From Octopus vulgaris (Eukaryota), in assembly GCA_951406725.2 (NCBI GenBank), contig OX597823.1:70184001-70248000 (forward strand): a DNA stretch of 64,000 nucleotides. The letters run 5' to 3'. The translations under genes and the position numbers were made by a program. Shown piece after piece: positions 22,860-35,434 of the stretch (position 1 is the first letter of the stretch; every line of letters begins with the position of its first letter). The notes under the pieces are model-generated. The model worked only from the letters and a program-made list of their open reading frames with translations, ran no database searches and was not told the origin of the DNA.

Positions 22860-25415
22860 TAGAAAGGAAACTGCATTCTTTTGACCTTGCCTTAGATCAC
22901 ATAGCTACTCAATCCTTGTTAACATGGCTCTTGATGCCATTTTGACAAATCTTCCTCCACCTGTTACTGTCAGTAGCACATTCCTTAAACTCTGATACTT
23001 TTCTTCAGCTTATCTTTGTATCTAAGGTCTTCCTACATTTTGCACTCCCATTTGAATGACCATATGTGAAAATTTTCGGCAGTCTTTCTGCCGAAAATTT
23101 TGACCTAGAAACATGACCGTAGAAAGATGACCAGCCCATCTTGAGACTGCATCAGAGAAGATCTCTATTCTTTGTATATCATATGAAACAACTGTTCATT
23201 AGAAACTTTGTCCTTCCATGTGAAACCACAGTTGTTTCTAAGACTTCTTTTGTGGAAAGTATTGTGTATTCTATGCTTTATCTGAAGTTGAAATGATAGC
23301 TTAGACAGCCCAAACACTGCTTTAAACAGAGAGTGATCAGATGACCAACATGTGCTTTTGATGGAGCAAGTATGGTGAATGTCACATTCTTTTATTTGTT
23401 TCAGTCATTTGACTGTGGCCATGCTGGAGCACTGCCTTTAGTCGAGCAAATCACCCCCAGGACTTATTCTTTGTAAGCCTAGTACTTATTCTATCAGTCT
23501 CTTTTGCCGAACCGCTAAGTTACGGGGATGTAGACACACCAGCATTGGTTGTCAAGCGATGTTGGGGGGACAAACACAGACACACATACATATATACAAC
23601 AGGCTTCTTTCAGTTTCCGTCTACCAAATCCACTCATATGCCGTCTTTATGGTGTCCTCAATTCAGACATATACAAAAATGTTGGGGGCAACAACAACAT
23701 GGTAAACTAAGATTTTGCTTTTCAAACTCGATCCTCTCATTCTACACCCTTATTCACAGCTTTTCAAAGACATCACTAACTTTGATGATCCCATTTACTA
23801 TTTTTTTTATCTAAAGAAGCACTAGAAATGATTTTACTTCCTAAATATGTAAAGGACTTCATATACATTAGCTGCTTCTTGTCTACAAGAAGTTTATGTG
23901 GTGGTGCACTGTATTGAGGCCTACGTAGTGTTATACCTCTTCTTTGGATAGGTGTTGGTTGTGGCTAGTGTATGACTTCTGTCCTTTTCACACTTATTGT
24001 TTGGTCAAATGCTTTTGCCACAGGAAAACCAACATACAACTTCTTGTGCTTCCTGGAAAGAATTAGCTACTAAAGGCTGTATCACCTGCAAGCAAGAAGT
24101 CTAAAGGCATTTTCATCCTAGTAAGGGTCCTTGTCTTAATTCCTTGGTGATTGAAGAGCCTGCCTGATGTTCTAAATTCAAACAAAATACCATTATGATA
24201 GTCCTTGAAGTTATAATAAATAAATATATAAATACGCCCTTTTAAAGCCTAGCCAGGCCCGGTTTCAATGGCATATGTGTTCCCCAGCTGGACGGGACAC
24301 CAGTCCATTGCAGCATTACTCATTTTTGCCAGCTGAGTGAACTGGATTAACGTGAAATGACATGTTTTGCTCAAGAACAAAACGTGTCGCCCGGTCCAGG
24401 AATCAAAATCACAATCTTACAATCATGATGTTGACACCCTAACCACTAAGCCACGCGCCTCCACTCCTTGAAGTTATACTATCAGAGAAAAGTAAATAAC
24501 AAACAAAAGGGCCATTACACACCCCTGCCTAGTCTCATTTTTTACATGAACAGGATCTGTTGATGTGCTATTTGACTTAACAGAAGCTTTCATGTTTTTA
24601 TAACACCAAGCATTTTATTAGGAATCCCAATCTTCTGGCCTGACCACATCATCATCATCGTTTTGCGTCTGCTTTCCATGCTAGCATGGGTTGGACGGTT
24701 CAACTGGGGTCTGGGAAGCCAGAAGGCTGCACCAGGCCCAGTCTGATTTGGCAATGTTTCTACGGCTGGATGCCCCTCCTAACGCCAACCACTCCAAGAG
24801 TATAGTGGGTGCTTTTTACGTGCTACCGGCACAGGTGCCAGACGAGGCTGACAAACGGCCACGATCGGATGGCGCTTCACAATTCATGGAGTTATAAGAC
24901 TTGATTAATTCAATAAATACTATGTTCTCCCGTAGTTTCTCTGCAACCTGCTACAAACAATGCATCATGTCTATGGTTCCTCTCTCAGCCTTGAAACCAC
25001 ACTGAGATTCAGGATAAGCATGATGTGCCAGGTGAGTTGTTCTGTTGAGAACAGAATAACTCGGGCTAGGATCTTGCCTTCCACAGAAAGTAGTGATATA
25101 CCCCAATGGTTGTTACGCAGTTGTTTTTCCCCCCTCTTTTTAAATAAATGAATAGACAAGTCTTTAAATTCCTAAGGAACCTTATTCTTCCAAATCAAAA
25201 TGAACAAATCTGAAAGTTTATGCACAAGTTCATTACCTCCATATTTGCACACTTCAGTTGGAATTGCATCATCACCAGGTGATTTACCTGATACCATTTG
25301 GTTTATAGCTGTTTTAACTTCAGCATACTTTAAGCTGCACATCAAGCATTTAAGACAATAGTGCATTTCTTTCGACACCAAGTGACTGAACATTTATTTG
25401 TTTAAGAAATTTTGC
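22860..25415 (-). pseudogene. Rearranged RTE LINE relic with nested SINEs
   Basis: GKSPGDDAIPTEV.KYGG, NHWGISLLSVEGKILARV; SDH-type endonuclease end near 23340. Confidence 0.75.
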
Positions 25416-25791
25416 ATTGTGTATTCTATGCTTTATCTGAAGTTGAAATGATAGCTTAGACAGCCCAAACACTGCTTTAAACAGAGAGTGATCAGATGAC
25501 CAACATGTGCTTTTGATGGAGCAAGTATGGTGAATGTCACATTCTTTTATTTGTTTCAGTCATTTGACTGTGGCCATGCTGGAGCACTGCCTTTAGTCGA
25601 GCAAATCACCCCCAGGACTTATTCTTTGTAAGCCTAGTACTTATTCTATCAGTCTCTTTTGCCGAACCGCTAAGTTACGGGGATGTAGACACACCAGCAT
25701 TGGTTGTCAAGCGATGTTGGGGGGACAAACACAGACACACATACATATATACAACAGGCTTCTTTCAGTTTCCGTCTACCAAATCCACTCA
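23261..25791. repeat. 376 bp direct duplication (23261-23636 and 25416-25791)
   Basis: Appears identical by eye from attgtgtattctatgc to aaatccactca, offset 2155. Confidence 0.9.
24235..24463 (-). mobile_element. tRNA-derived V-domain-like SINE
   Basis: Minus strand: ggaggcgcgtggcttagtggttagg head, gcaatggactggtgtcccgtccag V-like motif. Confidence 0.75.
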
Positions 25792-25908
25792 CATGGCTTT
25801 GGTCAGCTGAAGCTATAGTAGAAGACACTTGCCCAAGGCGCCACGCAGTGGGACTGAACCCGGAACCATGTGGTTCGTAAGCAAGCTACTTACCACACAT
25901 CCACTCCT
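25540..25908 (-). mobile_element. CORE-like tRNA SINE
   Basis: Reverse complement of the 4448 family, full length. Confidence 0.85.
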
Positions 25909-27051
25909 ATTGAATACATTTTTTTGGTTACAATGTTGTCAATCAAATGTCATGCTTTTGACCTTGGATGTGTTGAAATAGTTTCGAACCAGTTAGGTTG
26001 TTGAAATATGACATTGGTGATAAGGAGGTTAAGTTCATTGCCAAAAGAAAGAAGACAAAGTCCAATACCATGAGGGCCAAGAATATTTCAGCTCATGAAG
26101 GTTAGGGTAGTAGCACTAGCAAATTTAAGTTTCAGTCATCAAACGATCATTTGTCAGCGTGTTTGGTATCTTAGTTCTAATTGCAAACCCAACACCTGAA
26201 AAGCTTCTCCCAAAAATGTATGCTTTAAACGTAGTAGATTGCTAATCTACACGAAAAAAATAATCTTAGGGGCAGGATTGGCGTTAAGATTTGGATCAGT
26301 GTTAGGGTTTAGAATTTAGAAATAAGCTGAAGGCTAGTTTTGAGATTAGGCTTTACATTTAGGATTTAAAATTAGGGTTTGGTGTAAGCACTTAGAATGG
26401 GTGCTTTAGGTTAAGGTTGAAATTATGTTTATATAGAAATTAGGGGACTGATAGTATTTAAATTTGTGTACAATATTTTGCAGAATCATAGAAATCTTAT
26501 TTGTATAAAACCATGAGATCTAAAAAAAATATTGTCAGAAAAAAATTTTAAAGAAATTGTCTTAAACTATGTTGAATATTTAAAAAAAAATTCTCCTTTA
26601 GTCATCATGCAGTTACCTCCCATAAAAACTATGGGAAAGAACAAATATGATGAATACATAAAGTTGCCTCCCTTAGCAAATGTAATGAATATAAGACTTG
26701 TTTCCTTTTAAGTAGAGAAACATTTGCTGAGAAAAGATATAAATAAAAATGAATTACGACCAAGGATTAGATATATTATGAAGTACACACACACACACAA
26801 AAAAAAAAGAAAAGAAAATGTTTTCCAGTATGTGTAAATAGAAATCTCGACATCTCATGAATGACGGCGAAGAGCAAAGAAATGAATCCGTTGGAGTTAT
26901 CAAAGCTTCCAAGTGACAAAAGTTTGACCTTAATATCTTTGAAGGGACGTGACAGTTTGTGTTTTACTAAACATAAAGAAAGCCTTGAAAGCAGAATAGA
27001 AGTGAAAACAGCTTAGAAAATCAATGAAATGCCTTTGGAAAACAGTAAAAA

Positions 27052-27196
27052 TATAAGGTTGTCACAAAAGTTTGTAGAAAGTCTTGGAAAATAATGGTCT
27101 TTATTTTGAGGAATAATCTTTGTTGTTTTTGTTAGTACTTGGCGAGTAAAAATTCAATTTTCGCAAGTGTTTACGAACTTTTGGGACAACCTAATA
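27052..27196. mobile_element. Mariner-type MITE (145 bp)
   Basis: TIRs tataaggttgtcacaaaagtttgta / tacgaacttttgggacaacctaata with TA ends. Confidence 0.8.
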
Positions 27197-27979
27197 GATG
27201 GGGACTAGCTATACAAAAATGAACTCCACACCTCTTGGCCCACCAAAAAAAAAAAAAAAACTACTCTCTTTGTTATGTTACACTAAGCAACCAATCACAT
27301 CAGTTACTGCCTTTTATAATGTTCATCATCATCATCGTTTAACGTCGTATTCAAGCTAATCGAATACGGCACTGTTAACATTCACCCATGGCAGTGGGTT
27401 AATATATTTGTAAGACGAACCTTTAGTTATTTGCCTGCACTTCTAAGCTTCATCACTAAATCTGTTTTCAAACAAATTGAATGCACCCCTTTTGGTATGA
27501 ATAATGGTCCAGTGTTCAGCCCCATTTTGATATAAAATAATTGGAATTTGGTTCAATACTGAAAAGATCAGGTTAAAATAGTTGAAGTTTTCTTTATTTT
27601 TTGTAACTTTGAAGGAACTGGCTCGTTCCTTCAAAGTTATTCTTAAGGTGAAATTTTAGTCACTTGCAAGCTCTTCTAGGCTCCATAACAAACTTAATTC
27701 TCAAACAAACTGAGTTTGGCATTCTCATCAATGACTAACAGCAGTGGCTGCATATATTCTTAAGGTAAACTTTTAGTTACTCATGAGCACTTCTTGGCTT
27801 TATCACTGTTTCAGTTTTCAAGTTTATTATAAAGAATGTTAAGTCAAAATATGAGGTCGATATGAGTGAAAATTTGATCTTGAATCAAAATATCTGTTAC
27901 TATGAAAGAAAAGTCTAAATTGATTGGGTTGCAAAGAATGTGCTCATTAAGAAGAATCTTTTAATGAAAATGTTACCCT

Positions 27980-28381
27980 TACTCTTTTACTTGTATCAAT
28001 CATTTGACTGTGCCCATGCTGGAGCACCACCTTTAGTCAAGCAAATCGACCCCAGGACTTATTCTTTGTAAGCCTAGTACTTATTCTATCGGTCTCTTTT
28101 GCTGAACTGCTAAGTTACGGGGACGTAAACACACGAGCATTGGTTGTCGAGCGATGTTGGGGGACAAACACAGACACACAAACATATACACATACACACA
28201 TATATATAAATATATACAACGGGCTTCTTTCAGTTTCCACCTCCCAAATCCACTCACAATGCTTTGGTCAGCCCGAGGCTATAGTAGAAGACACTTGTCC
28301 AAGGTGTCACGCAGTGGGACTGAACCCGGAACCATGTGGTTGGTAAGCAATCTACTTACCACACACTCACTCCTATGCCTA
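27980..28381 (-). mobile_element. CORE-like tRNA SINE
   Basis: Same family as 4448. Confidence 0.85.
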
Positions 28382-28647
28382 TAGTAGTGTTGCTTTAAGT
28401 GATGAAAGAAATGGTAAGTAACCCCAAAATCAGCCAATGAACTTTGGAAACAAGAGTACCTGAAGGAAAGGAGGCTGAATATATATGTAATAACCATCAG
28501 TTACATAACTCCAGTTGGCTTCCCTGGAAACATATAGTGTATGTATTTACCTACTTCATTCTCCACACTCAATCAAATATGTAGATATATATTTATGTGT
28601 GTATGTATGATATATATATATAATGTACCTCAAAAAAAAATCAAATG

Positions 28648-29209
28648 GATACTGTAGTTGTGATACTCGTGCCGGTGGCATGTTGAGCCTCACAGAGGCA
28701 ATGACAAAAGACCGAGACCTCTGAGATATGCTGTGACTGCAAGGACTTGACAAATGAAGTGAGTTCATGGCTCGCAGGATGGCCTGCTGTGCTAACCTTG
28801 GATCATAGGATGACCCACTGTGCTTGAGGAGACCTTATTGAGTCAAGTACATCAACATCAAAATGAAAATCATGGAAATTGTAGTTGTGATACCCATGCC
28901 AGTGGCATGTAAATAGCACCATCTGAACGTGGCTGATGCCAGCGCCGCCTGACTGGTGTCCGTGTTGGTGACACATAAAAAGCATCAACCAATCATGGCC
29001 GTTTTCCAGCCCCCTCTGGCCCTGTGCCGGTAGCAAGTAAAAAGCACCCACTACACTCACAGAGTGGTTGGCGTTAGGAATGGCATCCAGCTGTAGAAAC
29101 AGTGTCAGATCAGACTGGAGCCTGGCGCAGCCTCCTGGCTTCCCAGACCCCAGTTGAACTGCCCAACCCATGCTAGGATGGAAAATGAACGTTAAAAATG
29201 ATGATGATG
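28648..29209 (+). mobile_element. RTE LINE 3' end: ORF C-terminus plus repeat-bearing 3' UTR
   Basis: LSLTEAMTKDRDL ORF end followed by the internal repeats and (GAT)n tail. Confidence 0.75.
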
Positions 29210-29309
29210 TATATATATATATATATTTACATATGTAATTATTTTGACATTTTGCTGTAACACAATGTCCTATAAAGCATTGAATACTAGAACTGTTTTC
29301 TGCTTGTTT

Positions 29310-29700
29310 TTATTATATCCATCTAATTCCAGGAGATGCTTCGACTTGTTCAACAACTTGGTTCTCTTCACCCAGTTTTTCCTTGAACTTTTGCATGAGC
29401 AACTGTCTTGTCAACATTTTGTAAGACTTGTAATAATGGTCTTCATTCACAAAAGTCCTAGCTGTTTTATCATCACAGCTCTGGCAATCTTGTGTATAGC
29501 TATGGAGGGGTCTTCTTCAATGAGCTGCTCAACTTTCAGTATGAAATCAGCTTCTTTCATCCTTTGTTTCCTGCGATTATGAGTTTTTCTAGTAGCCACA
29601 GTACCAACATCAAAGTTATTGTCCTCTAATTCTTCCTCCCCACTCTGGACTGTCTGCAGTGGGGGCTTTAGGTTGTGAACAATGGCTCATGTGTTTCATA
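29310..29700 (-). pseudogene. Tc1/mariner-superfamily transposase N-terminal relic
   Basis: RKTHNRR..LKVEQLIEEDPSIAIHKIARA HTH-like region, HYKSYKMLTRQLL in another frame. Confidence 0.6.
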
Positions 29701-29907
29701 CTGATACAGACTGCATACACAAACAACTTCCTTTTCCACTTCTCAGGCCACTTGTATTATTTCAGTCTGTCTGGGTTCAACATTTTTTGAATAAGATACA
29801 ACCTGAAAGGAAAGCAATATTAGTTTACATCATAGCATAGCTTTCAAAATAGTATTTCATTTCATGCTTAAACTGAGGTACCAATTTGAAATCCACACTC
29901 TGCATAT

Positions 29908-30061
29908 ATGGCTGTGCGGTAAGCAGCTTACTTCCCAACCACATGGTTCCAAGTTTGGACCCACTGCATGGTACCTTGTGCAAGTGTCTTCTACTATAGC
30001 CTTGAGCTGACCAAAGCCTTGTGAGAATGGATTTTGTAGACAGAAACTGAAAGAAGCCCAT

Positions 30062-30114
<53 letters not shown>

Positions 30115-30327
30115 ATATATTTGTGTCTGTGTTTATTCCTGCCACCATCACTTGACAACTGATGTTGGTGTTTGTGTCCCTGTAACTTAGCGGTTCAGCA
30201 AAAGAGATCAAAAGAATAAGTACTAGGCTTACAAAGAATAAGTCATGGGGTCGATTTGTTTTGTTAAAACCCCTTCAGGTGATGCTCCAGTATAGCTGCA
30301 GTCAAATGACTGAAACAAGTAAAAGAA
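29908..30327 (+). mobile_element. CORE-like tRNA SINE
   Basis: Same family as 4448. Confidence 0.85.
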
Positions 30328-30336
30328 TATATATAC

Positions 30337-30579
30337 ATATTATTTAATAAACACAATACATGTTTTTTGTGTGCTACTATTAGTTTCATGTGCTGAGAAC
30401 ATGCCAAACAATGTTTTATAACATGTCTGACATCTCAGCACAATCATTCCATTTTTAATTCATCATGCCATTTGGACTGTGCTGAGATGTCAGCTGTGTT
30501 ATAAAACATTGTTTGACATGTTCTCAGCACATGAAACTAATAGTAGCACATAACATGTATTGTGTTTATTAAATAATAT
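30337..30579. repeat. Near-perfect inverted repeat (~105 bp arms) containing hammerhead 3' halves
   Basis: Arms 30337-30442 and 30478-30579; each reads tgtgctgaga...tctcagcacat-GAAA-cta a tag-TA-gcaca on its own strand. Confidence 0.85.
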
Positions 30580-30640
30580 TTATTTCTCACTAGATGTAGT
30601 ACTTTTTTTTTGCTGATCTTACCATCACGGAACAGTACAT

Positions 30641-30683
<43 letters not shown>

Positions 30684-30896
30684 ATGTATATATATATATA
30701 AACATGGCAGGAATAAATGATTATCGTATGAACTTCATTAGCTTACAGCTGTTTCCACTTATAAAATGTAGTGGACTCATAGTTGAGTAACACCTTACAG
30801 TTTCATCCAAGCCTCAGACATGAAGTGCAATTTATTTGGGAAAACAAAAACATTTAAGCATATGTACAGGAAAACATACACAAGCATGAAATATGC

Positions 30897-31077
30897 AAAT
30901 GTACATCTAATATTAAGCAAGCAGCATAACCTTAGCTTCCTCATCCTGTTGAGAATGTTATCTTGATATTTAAAGCTCTCATACAACTCAGCACAATAAG
31001 ATGCTTAAGTATCAAGGTAACACTCTCAACGAGAGAAATAGGGTTATGCTGCTTGCATAATATCCGTTGTACATTTG
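30897..31077. repeat. Imperfect ~180 nt hairpin
   Basis: gcaagcagcataacc/ggttatgctgcttgc and gttgagaatgttatcttgata/tatcaaggtaacactctcaac. Confidence 0.75.
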
Positions 31078-31342
31078 GTTACTTCAAGCCTGTTATTTAA
31101 TATGGATATATTCCCTATATAACCTCTATCCATACTTATTTCTTCCAATGTTGTGCATAAACTGTAGGAATTAATTGGAAATTATTACCTGGTGGTTTAT
31201 ACCTCCTAGTTAGGAATATTTTATATCTTCATCTCATGAATGGTAAGATTAAGTAATGTAATGTATAACTTCATGGGTATGGTTCCATTTTTTGATTCCT
31301 ATTTTTTTTGCATTATTTTATCTTATATTCTATCCATTACTC

Positions 31343-31672
31343 ACATGGCTCAGTGTTTAGAGTGTCAAGCTTACGGTCGTGAGGTTGTGAGTTCGAATCC
31401 CGGACTGAGCTGTGTGCTGTGTGCTAGAGCAGGACACTTTATTTCACGTTGCTACAGTTCACTCAGCTGTAGAAATGAGTTGCGACGTCACTGGTGCCAA
31501 GCTGTAACGGCCCCTTTGCCTTTCCCTTGGACAACACTGATGGTGTGGAGAGGGGAGGCCAGCATGCATGGGCGACTACTGGTCTTCCATAAACAACCTT
31601 GTCCAGACTTGTACCTGGGAGGGTAACTTTCAAGGTGCAATCCCATGGTCAGTCATGACCGAAGGGGGTCTC
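31343..31672 (+). mobile_element. tRNA-derived SINE
   Basis: A box tggctcagtgttt, B box gagttcgaatccc. Confidence 0.75.
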
Positions 31673-33350
31673 AATTCGCCATATATTTATCATATCTTGG
31701 TTATTCTATTATCATTAATTGTTACATTTAATTAATTAAATGTTACATTAACTGTTGCATGTAATTCTATTTTATTTTACTCAATTTTCCTTTCTTATGA
31801 TTATATCGGCACATTATACAGTGTTATAGTGTATAAGCAATGCAAAATATATGATTTTCAGTGTATGTACATGCATGGAAAATATATGAGAGTATGCATG
31901 TACATGTATGTAACAACTGTACCTCTTGTCTGATGTCCTTTCTTTTATTTTTTCTCTTTTATTGTATAATTGTTTTCCTTGATTCTCTTGCCAGGGGCAT
32001 AACCTAATTAAGATAAATCTGAGGAATTTAATAGGCTTTGAACTTTACCCTTATGGGTCTTACAAGCGACCATTGTAAATTCTACGATTATTCAGATACA
32101 GGAGGAATTACAACCGTGTTTCGTGGTCTGCTACCACAACAGCTCCTTTATAGGATCCAGTTAGCTCAAGACATCATCAGGAGGAACCACGTCCGGTTTC
32201 GGCCCCTACTCCTCTACCGTTTTGACGTGGCAGGTGTCTTTCGGAGGTGTCTTCAGCTCTGGTGTTGGGTGCACTTGCTTTCACTTGCTTTACTATGTAA
32301 CATGCTCACTATGTAACATAGTGAGCTAGTCAACTTAAAATTTCTACCTTACCACTCTGTTTATTTAAAATTACTTAAAGATGGTGGGTATTTGTCATGA
32401 TGTAATCTAAGAATTTATCAATAAAACACTACTGAAACAAATGTTGTGAATTTTAAACCCCGTTTGTGTTCTTCTCTTCTTTTACACACACACACACAAT
32501 TTTTTAATAATATTCATGAAGCAATAAAATCTTACAGCTCTGAATTTTTGAAATAAGAATGGCATCTTCTCTTTTTCCATTGTGATGTAAATCTGCAATA
32601 TTCAGATTTGAAGTACACAGGATGAAATACAGATAGAAACATGTGCTACATCTAGCAAGCTCAAATCAAAGCAAACAGTGAGAAATGAAAAGTGAGAGGG
32701 GAAAATATAAATGAGATATTTTTTGACAAAAACAATGATGAATTTTTAACGGACAAAAACAACAAGTCAATGGTTTACACAGTTTGAAAAATTAAATTTA
32801 TTCCTTAATATATATTTTGCTACAACTATGAAGGAACAAGATGCACAACTGAGATTACAAATTCTGGTTCCTTTCTTTCAAATATTTCTAATACAAAAAA
32901 TTAAAAAAGAAACCCAACAGGAAAGAATAATGTCAAAACATGGAATGGCGTAGTTTTATCAGCATTTTCTTTTATTCCCTTTTTTTTTTGATATTGAAAA
33001 AAGAAAAATCCATTGAAGAATTGGAGAACAGAAAAATGCAATATAGAATTATTTATATTAAAACCACATAAAGTATTGCAGATAAACAATACCTACACAC
33101 ACACACAGACACATACACACACGCATGCATACACACACACACATATGTATATACACACACATATACGTATGTACATAGAGCACTACAGAGCACACAATAC
33201 AAGGTTGTCTGATTGACTGTTGTATACTGATCCTGAAAAAATGCATTATACTACGTGACATTAAAGCCCATATCTACTACACTATAAGAAATGAAACTTA
33301 TAACAGCTCACATTCAAATTCTGCATATATATGTGAATGTGTGTGTGTAT

Positions 33351-33390
<40 letters not shown>

Positions 33391-33573
33391 ATAAATATGT
33401 ATACATGCATATATAAGTATATATACATACATACACACATATATACAAACACACACGAATATAGATAGATGTATATACACATACTCTCTTACCTCCAAGA
33501 CCCAACAATACTATAAACACAACGGCCAACAAACTTCGATACTAATATGCACACACATCTACACACTCATGTA

Positions 33574-33625
<52 letters not shown>

Positions 33626-34134
33626 TGAACATATATATGGAGATATTTTCACACACATGCACACTCACATATATGTATACACATATGTATGTATATGTAT
33701 ATATATATATATATGTATGTATGTATATATATACATATATATATACATATGTGTGTGAGTGTATATATATATATATATATAAAGATAGACAAAGCCAGTC
33801 TATGGGATTACCCTGGATTTCACGTCCATAAAGCACTTATCTTTATGTGAAAGCCAGCATAATCCCATGGACCAGCCTCATCTATCTTTATACTACACTG
33901 CTCTATAACTTTGTGTGCTTCTTTCTCGGATTTGTGATTTACCGACGATATATATATACACACACACACATGCACATATATATGAATGGAACAGTTTTGG
34001 TGAAGTATTGTGTGGTACTACTTTGAAGAGATTTGTTGTGTAAGGCAGGAATAATGCATGAAGGTACAAAGAAAACTATAAAAGGAGACAGAACAAAACA
34101 AAATTACAGTTTTACTCTGCATTTCTATATTTTG

Positions 34135-34625
34135 GGGTTATACTCCAGTAGTCTGCAGTAAACGTGGGGTACCCTACATAGGAAGCACCACCAGGAAATT
34201 GCACATTTGTATAAAAGAACATATGCACACAGACTCATCAATAGAAAAATTCCTAAGGGAGCGCCAGACCCAGGACTTTAAGGTATCCATCAAAGCCACT
34301 CAATGCAACAGGGGGCAATCTTGGGATCGTGGGGACCTCCTTATCAACAAATTGAGATCAGTCATTAAAAACAGGAAGGAACTGCATGAAGCACACTGGT
34401 TATCATAACAACACCAGGCTGCGCATGTCACCTTGCTTCTTCTTCCCCATCACATCTGAGCGACAACTTTTCCATCTCTCACTTTTTCTTCAAATGTTCT
34501 GAAGAAGTGGGTCATAACCCTGAAATATAGGAATACGCGGTGAAACTGCAACTTTGCTTTGTTTTGTTTCCTTTTCCAGCTTACATTGTACCTTCTCGCA
34601 TTGTTCCAGCTTTAAAAAATAAATC
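34135..34625 (+). pseudogene. PLE GIY-YIG 3' relic with decayed hammerhead (34496-34533)
   Basis: YIGSTTRKLHICIKEH; CTGAAGA-agt ggg tcataa ccc t-GAAA-tata. Confidence 0.65.
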
Positions 34626-34635
34626 CCTTTAATTA

Positions 34636-34671
<36 letters not shown>

Positions 34672-34868
34672 ATACATATACACACAAATATGTGTGCATG
34701 TGTGTATGCACATACACACACTCATAGTCCACACATATCTGTTGATCTATATAAATACATACATACGTATGTGTATGTATATATATATATATATATATAC
34801 ATACATATGCATGTATGTGTATATATATATAAACATACTTACGTATGTATATATACATACATATACAC

Positions 34869-34904
<36 letters not shown>

Positions 34905-35360
34905 GCACATATATATATATACATAAATATATATGTATATATACATACATATGTATATATATATATATATATGTATGTATGAGTGTACATCATTTAATGT
35001 ATACTGTATTAAACTAATTGCTCCAGATAGTTTCTTGCCATTGAGACATGTGGTTAGGCAGATTCTTCTAACAAGCCTTGTGTCTCCAAGCAATCCTGTC
35101 TCTGGGCACATGGTTTATTCTATATGAAAAAACCAACAAAAAAAAAGTACTCCATCCTGTGAGAGATAGTGTACATTAAATGATATTTATCTCTCTCTGG
35201 ATGGAGTACTTGCTTTTGTTGATCCTATGTTAACAGAACAGTAAATGATATAAACATATATATATAAGTAGATACATGTGTATACACTCCTATACATTTA
35301 GATGCATATACACCCACACAGACACTTGTGCATGTACTTGTATGTGTATATGTGCATGTA

Positions 35361-35398
<38 letters not shown>

Positions 35399-35399
35399 C

Positions 35400-35434
<35 letters not shown>

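Noticed and set aside
26260-26450. Interstitial telomere
   Set aside because: Only scattered degenerate TTAGGG-like words, typical of an old MITE or Helentron interior
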